NCBI GenBank assembly: GCA_023334545.1
Contig: JAADVB010000035.1
Coordinates: 1-64,000 of the forward strand
DNA: 64,000 bases
Direction: 5' to 3'
Origin: Salisapilia sapeloensis CBS 127946
Lineage: Eukaryota > Protista > Oomycota
The notes under the pieces: generated by a model
The model's database searches: none
Seen by the model: the letters and a program-made list of their open reading frames with translations, nothing else
What the model was told of the DNA's origin: nothing
Program-made: the position numbers and the translations under genes
Shown: one piece after another, positions 12,401-25,700 of the stretch
How positions within the stretch are numbered: position 1 is the stretch's first letter
How the letters are laid out: each line of letters starts with the position of its first letter

Positions 12401-13517
12401 TTGTGTCATCTTTTGGAGGCGATGGCTTCTGTTCATCATCGGGGTCAACTGCTGGGTTACTATCATCCTTGTCATCCATAATCTGTCGTCCGGTTTCAGG
12501 ATCGCATTGCGTCCACCCTTCACAATTGTGTAGGCGCTCTTGACTAGGAGACATATATCCATCCTTTACTTGATTATTTAAAGCGGCAGGCTTGGAATGC
12601 AGATCATCGGAGCGAAAGAAACGTGGCAAGGTACGTATTTGTTGCTCTAGATGTTGCCGAGCCTGGACTTGTTCCGGTGTCTCGAGGACGAATGGGTGCT
12701 CGAAAAGCGCTGGCCAAGCGAGACGCTTCGACGGATCCTTCTGCAGCAGGCCACTGAGAAAGCTCTTGAGCGTTGGGGACATGGAAGATGGATACTTTAC
12801 AGGATCGTTAACAATCTTTTGGATGAGTGTCCCGATGCGATTCGTGTAGAATGGCGGTCGACCGACGGCGAGCTCATATAAGATGACACCAAGGGACCAT
12901 ATATCCACAGTGTAATTATATGGACGCTCTCGTACTAGCTCTGGAGCCATATAAAGTGGTGTTCCTTTTATCGATGTCAAGACACTTGCGTCTGGAGCCA
13001 TGGCTCTAGCAAATCCGAAATCACACAATTTGATCTGGCGATGAGGTCCGATTAAAATGTTTTGTGGTTTCATATCTCGATGGATGATGCGATTTGAATG
13101 GAGTAAATGGAGAGCTTGGATGAGTTGTATGGCAATGCATCGGATTTCAGATTCCGGCAGCTGCTGGTCATCCTCTAGTACTTGGAATAAGTCACCTTGA
13201 GCGTACTCAATGACCATACAGATCTCTCCATCCGTCTCAAATGAGTCCAGCATTGCTATGATATTGCAATGATGTAGCTGTCGAAGAATACTTATCTAGT
13301 AGATACATACACATCTTTGTTAATAAATGACAGGATCGTGATGCCAAGACAGACAAGTATCTACCTCTTGTCGAAGATTTTGCAACGCTGTGGCACTTTT
13401 ACCTCGTTTTGGGACAAACTTGAGAGCTACGACATGACCAGTGTACTTGCGTCTGCCTCGATAAACCTTCCCAAACGATCCCTCCCCAATACGCTCGAGG
13501 ATGTGATAGTGCTCCAT
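9450..13517 (-). CDS. STK36: Fused/STK36 (TIO-like) Ser/Thr kinase with C-terminal ARM/HEAT repeats, 2 exons (13517-13365, 13295-9450), 1332 aa
   Basis: [33 protein letters not shown] is a typical Fused N-terminus. [29 protein letters not shown]; C-terminal ARM-like region with [15 protein letters not shown] and [13 protein letters not shown] 69-nt intron joins the two ORF-track pieces. Confidence 0.95.
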
Positions 13518-13713
13518 AGTGTGTTTTTTGTCCAGTACAACCGTCAAAGATATGGCATAGTGAAATGAAGAGAAAACCAAGCGATCCGGAAGGGTCGCGA
13601 TCTTAAGCTCCGCACCAACGGCTCGTGCAGCGGACCTTACAACGTTATTTGCAGTCCGGATCTCATAGCGGTCTCAAGCATATCTTCTGTGTATCTTTAG
13701 AGCTTACCGGAAT

Positions 13714-16700
13714 ATGCTATTCGGGGCTTTACCCATGCGGAGCATGCTCTCCGTGTTGGGAATAGCTGTAGCATGTTGGACACCCGTTCGAGGTTTAGAT
13801 ACTTCCATATTGCAATTTTCGCCGCAGTTCGTGCCGCATCCACCTCCCAATGTGTCTATCTCTGCATACGATGCCAACTCCATGCGTGTGCAGTTTCTGC
13901 CGCCACGAGATGGTGTTGAGAGTGCAAAACCGGAAGGTGACAACGGTGCTCCTGTGATCGGCTATACGATCGAAGTTGCGCGAGGCATGCACGAAGTGCA
14001 CCAGTTCAGCGTCACTGCGTCAGGCGCACTATCCAGCGGAGAATACAAGCTGGAGTTTACCAATGCCGATGGTACGTCGGAGAGTACGCGGTGCATTCCA
14101 TGGGATGCTAGTGAGACGACGTTTGAAATGGCTCTAGAGGAGCTGTCAATCATTGACACAGTCTCTGTAAGTCGATCGGAGCACTCTGGAGAAACGCTTG
14201 GATATGACTATCTAGTCGAGTTCGATGGAGCAGACTTGGTTCGTGGCGAACAGCCGAATGAGTTGCAAGGTGCGGTGGATAATTGCAAGCCAATTAGCCC
14301 TATAAATCGCCAGCTTACTTTTGCGTCGAGCCGTGTGACGCACGGGACACTCGGTTATACACCTGAAATCTGGATGGTCATGACGGATGAGACTACACGC
14401 ACAAAATTAGTCGGAGGACATTTCGATTTGTCTATTGGCTTTGATGGTGGATGGGAAGATACAACCGTGACTGGTACTGTTGATGCTGGATCAAGCATCG
14501 TCCTGACATCCATTTCCATGGTTGGCAAGGTCAATCGTGGTGATAAGGTGCTTATTGGAAATCAACAATTTACAATACATCCAAGCGCTCTTTTCACGGA
14601 TGAAATGATGCCATTGAGCTCGTACCATACTCTTGGAGCTAAAGACGCCAATATCTTTAAGGTTGAGACAGCTATTGGAGACGTATGGGTTGAGCAAGCT
14701 TCGAGTGAAGTCAAAACGGCCGAGGACTTGACAACGTACTTTGCCGCGGATGAACACATAAAGATTGGAGCGTATGAGTTTGCCATCAGTAGCATTACCA
14801 GCACCAAAATCGATTTGCAAGCGATTGGCAGTGGACCAGACAAATGGCCGGATGCTGACCAGAGACACATTACCGCCTATTGCCGGTTAAAGGTACGAGT
14901 CGATGCCAACGCGGACGCTGTGGAGATGAAACGAGCACTTAGTTGGCTGCCTGGAGTCGGTGCAGTGGATGTAAGTCGCCAAGGACCTACCGCTGTCAAT
15001 GGATATCGCTGGTTCATCACGTTTCAGTCTCTCGGCGCGCTCGTGAACTGCCCCCAGTCACCATGTTTACATGCCGATAAAGTAACCGGTATGGATACTC
15101 TGTTAGTGGATGCAGTTGGGGATGCGTGTGTAGACTGTTTGGTTCAGGATATAGTTTGGCAGGCTGGATCTTCAGTCACCCAATCGCAAGCAAGCAATGC
15201 ACTCTTCCCACCTTCTTCTGTCGTTGCCACATATGAGATTGGAGGCGTCGTGAACGAAGTGCAAGAGCTCTGGACTTCTGCCTCTGCGAACGATCTCTTC
15301 GGCACATTTCAAATAAACTTTCTATCAGCGTTGATGGAAGAAGATGTGACTGTCAATCACGATGAAAGCGCAGAGGACTTGCAAACCAAGTTGGAGCTCA
15401 TCCCTTCCATCGGTCGAGTGAACGTCCTTCGCAGTACAAATGACGTGTTTGGGTTCACATGGACAATCACTTTCCTCACTAACACTGGAGACCTGCCGTT
15501 ATTGACTATCTTGAATGAGAAACTAACTGGCACCGATCCTACTGTGTCCGTACAAGAGCGTGTGAAAGGCGTTGGAGTACCTTTTGAAGCTGTAATTGAT
15601 GATCTATCGCCGGAAGAAAGCTACTATGTACGTGCATTCGCTCGCAACAAAAATGGGTTTAGTCTCGGTAGCGAAAGTCTTCAAGTAGTTGGGCGTGGTG
15701 CACTCCCATTCGCGACAACGGTCGGCTCTGCACCAGATCCACCTACGCTCATTGGAAATTGGCCACTCTCAGAAACGCAGGTCAATGTCATGATGCGTGA
15801 GCCGATGTCGAATGGAGATCCGATCGAAAGGTACATTGTGGAATACGCAATGGGATCATCCTTCGGCACAGCTCCTGTCAAAGAATTCCACATCCATAGC
15901 AATGCACCCTTCGATATCGCTGGCTCTTTCCAACTGCAGTACGGAGACGAAAGCCTACCGATGCTACCTGCAGATGCATCTGCTCAAGTTGTGGCAAACG
16001 CACTAAACGCTGTAAAGAACCTTCGACCCGTCCAAGTCTCTCGCTACATGTACGTGTTGACTGGAGATGTTACTAGTGCTGCAAATTCCTTTTCTGCTGC
16101 TGGTAACATGATCGTTACAACGCCTTTAACGAAACATCAGTGCGAGATGCTGTCTGCTGGTTCGATGATTCTATTCGACGAACATGTTTTCGTCGTGAGT
16201 AGTACACCAAAGGTCGATGATGAGGCTGTACATGTTCAAGCTGATCATGGTCAAGCAGACTCCAATCCTGTCGACTCTCGTTTGTTCAAGTTGGACACAA
16301 CTGGAGCAGAGATCGGACCATTTGGGTATCAATGGCTAGTGACTTTTCCCTATGAGGTTGAAGACTTTGCTGGCGGAAACTATCCAGGTCTACAGCTGCA
16401 TCCTTCGCTTTACTCTGTCGAAAGCCAGGTGCCACTGACAGTCGGTTTGACGGATGTGACACCTGGAGTACCACCAGATTACCACGGACAAGTTGTCGTT
16501 AGCACCGCTAGCGACTGTGATATGTACACCATTGGCGCGCCTTCGAATGTACAAATGCTTCAATTTCATGCATCAAAGGCGCTGGTAGATGGAGGATATA
16601 CACTCCAGCTTGGGTCAGAGACGACTGACTGTATTACATTAGATACAATCAATAATGTCGGTGACTTGCGTGATCGTCTGCTCAATGACTTGACGTACGT

Positions 16701-19700
16701 CAAGCGGGTGGATGTTCATAAAGAACGCAATTTCAAAGTCTTGGTGATCGCAGGTAGCGCTGACTCCCACGTGCATACTTTTGACAAAGATACTTTGAAG
16801 ATCACTATCTCGAGTGGCTTGACAGCTTCAGAGGCAGAGATGCTTCAGAAGGATGCGATTATTCAAGTGAGTCGGAATCCAAACGACTTTACGCGCGAAT
16901 CGTGCGAGCTCCAAGTGACAGCACAACCATCTACTGGAAGCTCGATTGTTAGTGTAGCAAATTTCGGTGCATGCGCTTCATTTTCTGGTGAACGACGTAG
17001 CTTGCGTGTGCTTAATTCATATGACTACAAGATCCACTTCTGGGGATCCTACCCTACCGGTCAATGGCCAACATTAAAGATTGTACAAGACGACTTTGGC
17101 AAAGGGAGCTGCCAAGTATGGACTCCATCTCCCAATTCGGTCTACGCGACAGTCCACACAATTCGATACGAAGGCATTTGTGCCAAAGGACAAGAGGGCA
17201 CCCAGACAATATTGGCGGATGCAAAATCTGCCATCACTGGAAGCTTCCAGTTCAGCTACCTCGGCAAGGAGACACCGCTTTTAAGTTTTTCTACGACAAA
17301 AGCGAAAGCCATGCAAGAGCAGCTTGATGCTATTACTGAGGCTGGCATGACCAGTGTGACGATGAGTGCCTTTGGAACCCATGGCAAAGCGTGGCATATT
17401 ACGTTCAACCAAGCACATGATGTGGTGGATTCTATTTACATTAAGCATTCTTTCTTAGCTGGTGACGATGTCTATATCAGTGTCTATCCTACGGTCTTGA
17501 TCTCTACTACGGCTGCAAAAGACGATATTCGTGGTACTTTTAACATCATACTAAATGGACAGACGACAGAAGCAATCGGTTATTCAGCGACGCATGCAAA
17601 GGTTGTTCAGGAGCTTGAAAAAATGCCAGACATTTACTCTGTCATTGCCTTGGGACAAATGAATGCTGGAGACGTAGCTGTGTACGCGCTGGAACTGATA
17701 GCAGATACGCAAGCAAGCAGTTCCATTATCAAGAATGTGCGGCTGAATGGTGACAAAATCGATCCCACGCTATTCCTTGCTCTCGGGGAAGAAATCGTAG
17801 TTAATGGAGAAGAGCGCACTATTACATCGTTGTCACCGGTAGATATTACTTTGGACAGCGGTATCACTACGACGACAATAGACGCCACTGTATATGCTGG
17901 GCTTACTACAAAAGAGACAAAGTTCTTGCCTGGGTTTGTTGGCATATCGGCGCTCACAAAAGTTGTTTCAGCCACCACAGGAAACGATTGGATTATCATG
18001 TCAGACGATCATGGTCTGGATGGAAGTGTAGGCGAGAAGATATACATTCAAGGTCAAGAACTAACGATTGCCGAAGTGAGCGGTGCAGGTGTGCGTGTGA
18101 CGCCCGTATATGCCGGCTCAGACGTCAATGATGCGACTAACAGTGTGTATGTCTTTGACAATAAGCTTCGCACGACGGAAGATGTGACAGCCTTCATACA
18201 AGACAATGACGAAATTTGGATCCGATATAGCGATGCTGACATTGTCCAGTACACTATTCGACATGCGCACGCTGATCATCTGGAGGTGGATGGGGTATTC
18301 AAAGAAAGTTTAGTTAAAGCTTCAGCGCACTACGCAGCCTACGGTCGAAAGTGGTCTCTTGTCTTCCGGTCGTACATTGGCGATCTAAATACAATCGATG
18401 CTCTTCCAGGCAATGACTTGCGAGGAACAGAGGTAAAAATTGGCATCAAAACGCCCAATGCTGTTCCTGCACGCGTTGCTACACTCGGAAACCCAGAAGT
18501 TCAGCAAACAGTTTTGCTACGTGCTAGTGATCCAGCTAATCTAGATGCGGGAGCTACATTTGCACTAACTTTTGATGGCACAACTACTAGTAGCTTAAGC
18601 TGGGATGCCTCCGATGTGGATGTAGAGCAAGCCTTAAAAACAGTAGGTGCTGATGGAGTTACTGTCCAAGCAAAGTCATTAGCAGACAAGGGTTTCTTCC
18701 GAACGATAAACTTTTGGGGGAATTATGCAGCTCGTACTCTTCCGTTGCTTGAAGTGACAGCGTTCAATCCAGGAACTTCTTTAGTCTCTGCACTTGTACA
18801 TGGAAATGCTGGTGTCTCTCGAACAAAGCATTACAATACGATTCTTAATCAAGACGCAGAGTATGTCGTACGTCTGTTTGCAGCCAACTCATTTGGGCTG
18901 AGTACTAGCCTAGAGACGTATTTATTGAAAACATCCACGACGTCAGTGTTTCCAAGTGCTCCACGAGCAGTTAATTTAGGCGAATACCGTGGACCGGATG
19001 CACTCTCGGTGAACTATTTCTCGCCAGGGTACACGGGTGGAAAAGAGATCACTATGTATCGACTCGAGTGGGACTCGTCTCCGACATTCGACAGCTCTAG
19101 CTCCGATTATGGAGCTGCCACCGTTCAAAAGCAAGCAGAGGTGCAGCTTGTCCAGATAAGTTTCAAAAGCGATGTCGATCGAGACGGTTGGTTTACGCTT
19201 TCTTTCGGAGGACAAACTTCTTCTCTACTGCGTTATGACTGCAGTGCTGAGAAGATGAAGGAAGAGATTGCGATGTTAACAGACACGACGAGTATAGGCG
19301 AAGATCCTGTAAAGATCATTCGAAACAAAGTTTCATGGGGATATACGTGGAAAATTACGTTTTTAAATACGCCAGGAGATCTAGCTCTATTACGTGCTGA
19401 TGCTTCACTTCTCTCAGGAGATAGTCCGAGAGTCTTTGTTACAGAAGTTGCAAAGGGCTCAGCGGATATTAGCGTAGGTGAGTTCACGAACGAAGTGCAA
19501 GAAATCTATACCGATGCAGCGACAGAGATGAGTGGTGACTTTAGACTAGAGTTTAATGGTCGAAGGATGATCGACCCAGTTTCGGTGGATGCATCTGCTC
19601 TAGATATGCAGCTCGCTCTACAAGCGCTAACGGATACGTATGCGATTAAAGTGTCAAAACGAGAGCGCAACGTCGAAATAAAGACTGCGATATGGAGCGT

Positions 19701-22700
19701 GACATTCGCTTATTTGCAGGGTGAAGAGCTAGTCGGGTCTGGTGATGTCTTCATCATACGTGTTGCTACTACGAACCTACAAGACGCAAGTGCTAGTGTC
19801 AATATTGCAGAGAAGGTGTATGGAACAGATCCATTCCGATACTCGATCGAGGGCTTGCGTCCGAACGTGCGCTACTACCTGCACGTGATGGCGTATAACT
19901 CGATGGGCTTTGGATCAGCGAACTCACCCATGTCAACGGCAATGACGTGCTCGCAAGCATCACCTCCAACCTCCATTGCAGTGAACGTTGTGAGTGAGCA
20001 AGCTTTGCAAGTTGCCTGGTCCACTGCGGCAGACGCTAATCTTGGATGTGCGACGACCAAGTACAGTATTGAATGGTATCATCCGAATGCAGTGCAAGAA
20101 GTACAACTTATCACGACATCTGCTACACAAGGCATCCGTGAAGTCCAACGACTTGTCAACTTTGCGAGCACCGAGAGTCTCAATGGCTACTTCCAGCTTT
20201 CTTTCGGTGGCGAAAGGACACAAAATCTTGCTTGGAATGCTCCTGCGGAAGGTCGTGGCTCGGTGAAAGAGCGCTTGGAGCGACTATCAACGATCGGAAC
20301 GGTGCAGGTGACTCGCCAAGTTTCTCGACGTGTCGTTCCGAATCTCTTTGTGACTGTCTCCGGCGATCAAGTATCAGTGGTTGTGGCTTCGTCAAGCTCT
20401 GATTTTAACGACTTAACCTTGCCACTTGATAATACAGTTTGGATCCTCGGTCAACCTTACCAGGTTAATGCAAAGAGTCAGTATGCTCTTACAATCGATC
20501 AGACAGTAACAATTGACGCACCCGTGCCGATCTTTATCAACGCGAATGGATATGAATGGATCATTACTTTCACGTCTGGACATGTCGGACCTCAAGACAT
20601 TATGGAAGCTCATCCAACGGATAACTGGAGCGGTAACAAAGGAGACATCTATTGTGAACGCGTGATAACTGGTATGGAGCCTATGAGCGGCACTTTTACC
20701 GTGTCCTTTGCCCACGATGGTTTTTCCGAGACGACACCGCCTCTTGCGCATGACATTAGTGCAAACAAGATGAAGGATGCTTTAGAACAGTTAATTACGA
20801 TCGGAGAAGTTGATGTAGCACGATCTCCGAATGGCTACGGGTATAACTGGCTTGTGACATTTTTGTCTGAGCTAGGGGATCTTGCGATGTTGGAAGTAGA
20901 TGGGACTGAGCTTCACGGTCCAAACGTTGATGTCCACACTGCGACGATCGAAACTGGTGTTTTACCCACTGGTTACTGTGAGCAGAATGGTTTGTCTGGT
21001 TCCCCAGCTCTTGTAAGTGTTCCTGGGTCAGATATTTATACAATCTCAGCCTTAACGAAAGGAGCAGAGTATGTCATTCGAGTCCGAGGGTACAATGAGG
21101 AAGGATATGGCTACGCAGGTTATTCGACACCTGCAATTCAAGTGCCGCGTACAAAGCCTACTCCACCAACGAGTATCGAGCTCATGGCGTTATCACAAAG
21201 TATGGTGAAAGTAATTTGGAGTCCTCCGCTAGATGATGGGGGTGCAGTCATATCTTCATACATCCTCGAATGGGATACTCTGAGTACCTTTGCCAATGCA
21301 GCTTCACCGAACTATGACTATCGTGGTATACTTAATGTCAGCCCAGATGATGAAACGCCTTATTACTATAATATTCCAGTCATAGCAACCAACGCTCACT
21401 ACATTCGTATATATGCAGTGAATGATCAAGGGACAAGTGATGCTGGCATGTCAGCCCAATTAAGTATAGTACCTGCAAATCAAGTCCCAGGTCGTCCAGA
21501 AAATGTAGTGGCAGAAGCACTGTCCAACTCTGTGATACTTGTAGAATGGTCACCACCTTCGATTGAAAAGAACTTTTACAGTGGAGATGGCGGTCTACCG
21601 ATTACACAGTACATGATTGAATGGGATACCGTGGACACATTTGATAACTCGATCAAGACAGCAACTGTAAATGCTCCTGCTACTTTGTATGAAATTGGAG
21701 GTGACGATCCGATCACTGGTGTTCGGTCATCTGAGCTTATTGAAGGCACGGAATACTACATTCGCGTGACTGCGTTCAATGCAGAAGGTTCTGGTGCGTC
21801 ACAAGTGTCCGATCCAGAGTATGTTAAGGCGGAAAAGAAAGCGCCGACGCCTCCTGAAGAATTAACACTCACGGTCTTGCCTCCTGATGACGTTCGAGCC
21901 GAATGGAACTTTCCTGCATATGATGGTGGCAATACGCTCATGAGCTACGAGATTGAATGGGATGACCAAGATGACTTTATTAGTGGCCAAATGAGCTCCG
22001 CGAACGTCCCTATCGTTCGCGAAGTTCAATCAGTGGCTATCAGCAGTGACGTAGTAAACGAAGAGCAGTTCATAGACGCGACAGTGGAAGTTATTAACGA
22101 ACAGCAAACTATCCGCACGAAGTTTGACGGCAAAGATGAGATACAGATCGTTCATACTATCAACAATCCAGTGGTAGATGAAGTGCAGTATGTACGAACG
22201 AAAGCTACGGATCGGAATGAAGTCCAAGAGCTTAGACTAACAGCTCCAGATAAGAATGAGATCCAGGCTATACGGACATCCTTACCAACGGATGTGCTTG
22301 AGATACAGACCGTCAAACTTGTCACAAAGAGAGTCCCAGAAGTACAAACTTGGTCAATATCAATTGCGACAGCAGATCCAAACGATATCACTGGATCCCT
22401 GAGACTTAATTTTGACAACACTGCTTGTACGCACTGTCAAGGCATGCGCACAAGCTCCTGGACGGACGATGTTATTGGTGCTTTACAAGTGACTGACCCT
22501 GCGGATGGATTGCCTATAATGCAAAATGGGATAGACTCTTTATCGAATGTAGATACTGGCAGCATTGTTGTGACAAACGATCGACAGGACATGAATGACG
22601 GCACGTTCCTCTTCAGCTTTACATTTACCTTTTCGGGAGACGATGTGATAGGTGACGTAGCGTCACTTACCGTCGACCAAAATGTATTCGTCAATTCAAA

Positions 22701-25700
22701 TAAAGTGACGAATGTGGATCCAACGGCGACACCAGGTCCTGAAGGGAGTGAGTTTTCGGACAATGCAGCGTCCGTGTTCGATCTTACATACACGTGTGAG
22801 ACGTATTCGGATCCAAATGCGATTCTGCTTGTGAGTAGTCATTGCGACCCACGATCTGTTGGTAGCTCCATTTGTGATTCGTGTGTGACGGACTTTGACG
22901 GTACGCAAATTACACTGAACCAAGCAGTGACGGTGGATGCCGATACATGGCTTGTTGCTGGTGTTTGTACTTTTGTTGTCAAAGACGCTGTTACTGGTGG
23001 AACGACGATCACCATTGTCGGCAATGGTAAAGATGTCGGGCAGCACTGTAGTCCGTTAGACTTTGATGGTGTCTTACTTGACCTCTATGAAGCTCGCCAG
23101 CATAAGACGTCTATCCCGACCAAGAGTAGTGCCTATGAGCTTACATCAGCCGAGCAATTATACAGTCTACTCTCTCCGAATGTCCAATCCGTCCAAGTGT
23201 CCGAAGAGAGCTTTATAGACGCAAATTATGCTGGTAAGACATATAAAATCGCGTTCCTTCGACCAGGAACCATTCCGCTGTTGGAATGCGACGTCTCGAA
23301 CGTCGTTCTGACATCAGGTAATAGCGCAGACACGCGCTGTGAGGTTGTTCGTGATACACCTGGTAGTATGATCAAAGGCAGGTTCCAAGTCGGACTCGAG
23401 GCCGAGTCTCTTCGAAATACTGGCAACATCAAAATGTCGGACTATCTACCATGGGATGCGACCGAGAGTATGATGAAAGCAGCATTGGAGGCAGTAGAGT
23501 TTACAAACAGTAACGGTGCTACGGAAAGTGTTTTTGGTACTGTTCAAGTAAAGCGATCGACGTACTTTGTCGGTAATACGAAATGGTCGGGTGGATTCAC
23601 GTGGCAGATCACCTTTTTATCACGTGGCATGAACATACCGGCTATGACTGTCGTTAACGAGCTACTAGATGTCGCAACACAAGGTGTTGCTTTAGAGGTA
23701 GAAGACGCTGATGACACGCTTTTGAGTCCTACTGGAGGAGCACAAAATGGTAATGAAATTGAAGGCGGGATTAAGTTCCAGTACAATGGCAACACAGAGG
23801 AATGCTTCGTTGGTGCAACTCACATTCCGCCGGCCGAACTACAAATCGACGACTTGGTAGACGGAGACTTGGCTACTTGCCTCGGCCCATTATTCCCTGG
23901 TGGCGAAAATGATATTGTGGTGACTCGGTCGTCTGTTACTCAAGCAGGAGGGTTCACGTGGAGCATTACGTTCGTTGGCCAAGATGTGGGAGGAGACGTT
24001 GACGAAATCGAAATTGTGTCTTCATCCTTGGTACCCTCAAGCACAGAGCGAAGAATTGTTGAAAGCATTCCAGGAAACCAGCTCGGTGGTACCTTCTTAC
24101 TATCTTTCAATGGCGAAACGACGGGGCCGATCTCTGCTACTGCAAGTGCTAATGAGATTATGTCCCAACTAAATGGACTAAGGACAATCTATCCATCTCG
24201 TGTCGAAGTTTCAGAAGGCGCTACGCAAGAAACAGCCAGCTCACAAGTACAAGCAAAGGAGTGGTTGATCACATTTAAATCTTCGACTTGGGTTGATCCG
24301 GAAGCAGATCATTCCACTCTAGTTGAAGGCAACTGGGTCGGATCACCAGCCCGATGGGATGATGTTTGGCCAACAACTGGATACTCGAAAGCTTGGGGTC
24401 GTCAAGTTGGTCCGCTCTGGGCGAAAAACATTCGACTTGCATGTATCAAAGGAGGACTGACAACAACTGCTGATGATAATACGGAGGATTGTCAAACAGG
24501 CGAAGAGATACCTGGACAAGGTCCGATCAATGGAAACTTCAAATTAATCTTGGATTCGCAAGCTGGCAACTTACCTGCAGGCCATGCCATGTCAAAGCAG
24601 ATGACTGTCACGAGTGGTCTTATCGCACATAATGCACGAGCTACTCGTATTGATAGTGGTGGTGATGGAACGAGTATGCAGGAGATCTTAGAGGAAATGG
24701 AAAATGTCGGAACGGTCGATGTCAGTCGAAGCAGCGTTGATGTAGATTCTGGAACATACTACTGGACAATCACGTTCTTGCGTGATGCTTATGGTCCTTG
24801 TGAGCAGGAGGAGGAAAGTGGATCAGGTGAGAGGTTGTGCAATTCCCCAGGAGATATTCCGAGGCTAGCATTCGATGCCGATGCAACCCTGATGGCCGAC
24901 GGCATCGTTTGTGACGAAGATGGTGCATCAGACGGCTCGAATACTTGCGATGGTCTTACCACTCAGCACGGTGCTGTTCTGCGTGGTGACTTCACCCAGC
25001 TTCAAGTAACTGGTGATCCAGGCGTATCGACTCGATACACATTGACACCGGACTGTGCTAATATCAATTGTCCTGATCCCATCACTGAAATGAGTATCAA
25101 TTCGGGAGAAGAGCAGATTTCAACGCATTTAAAACCAGGCGATCGATTCACGCTAGGCACCTCTATATGTATCTTTACCGTTGAATCAGTGACTACAGCC
25201 CCTGTCAAGGTGGTAGTAGATTCCTTGACTTGTGGTGACTTAGATACAAATAGTGCTCGTGGATTGCATATGCTTTTGCCTTGGAATGCGAAAGAGAGCC
25301 TAGTCAAACGTGTCCTTGAAGCCTCTGCTGATGTCAGCAAAGAAGTTGACGAGTGGATTGGCGGACGTAAAGTTTTAGTCGAACGAACGATCCAGGGCAA
25401 GTATGGTGAGGTTTCGTGGAGTATTCGGTTTATATCCAACCCTGGTTACACACCTCCTGGCGCTGGTGATCTCAATGACTTGGACCCGGTTTTCGAACCG
25501 TCTCCCATCTCTATATCATATCAAGTTACTGTAACTCCAAATCAGCATGGAAGTGATGAGCTTAGTGGATTCTATACCATTGACTACTACACTAACAAGC
25601 CACGTGATGTCTCATTTGATGAACCAGAGGACAGGCTGATGCGTAAAATCAATGAGTTCTCTACGATCGGGAGAGTGAGCGTAAAACGGTACCGATACCC

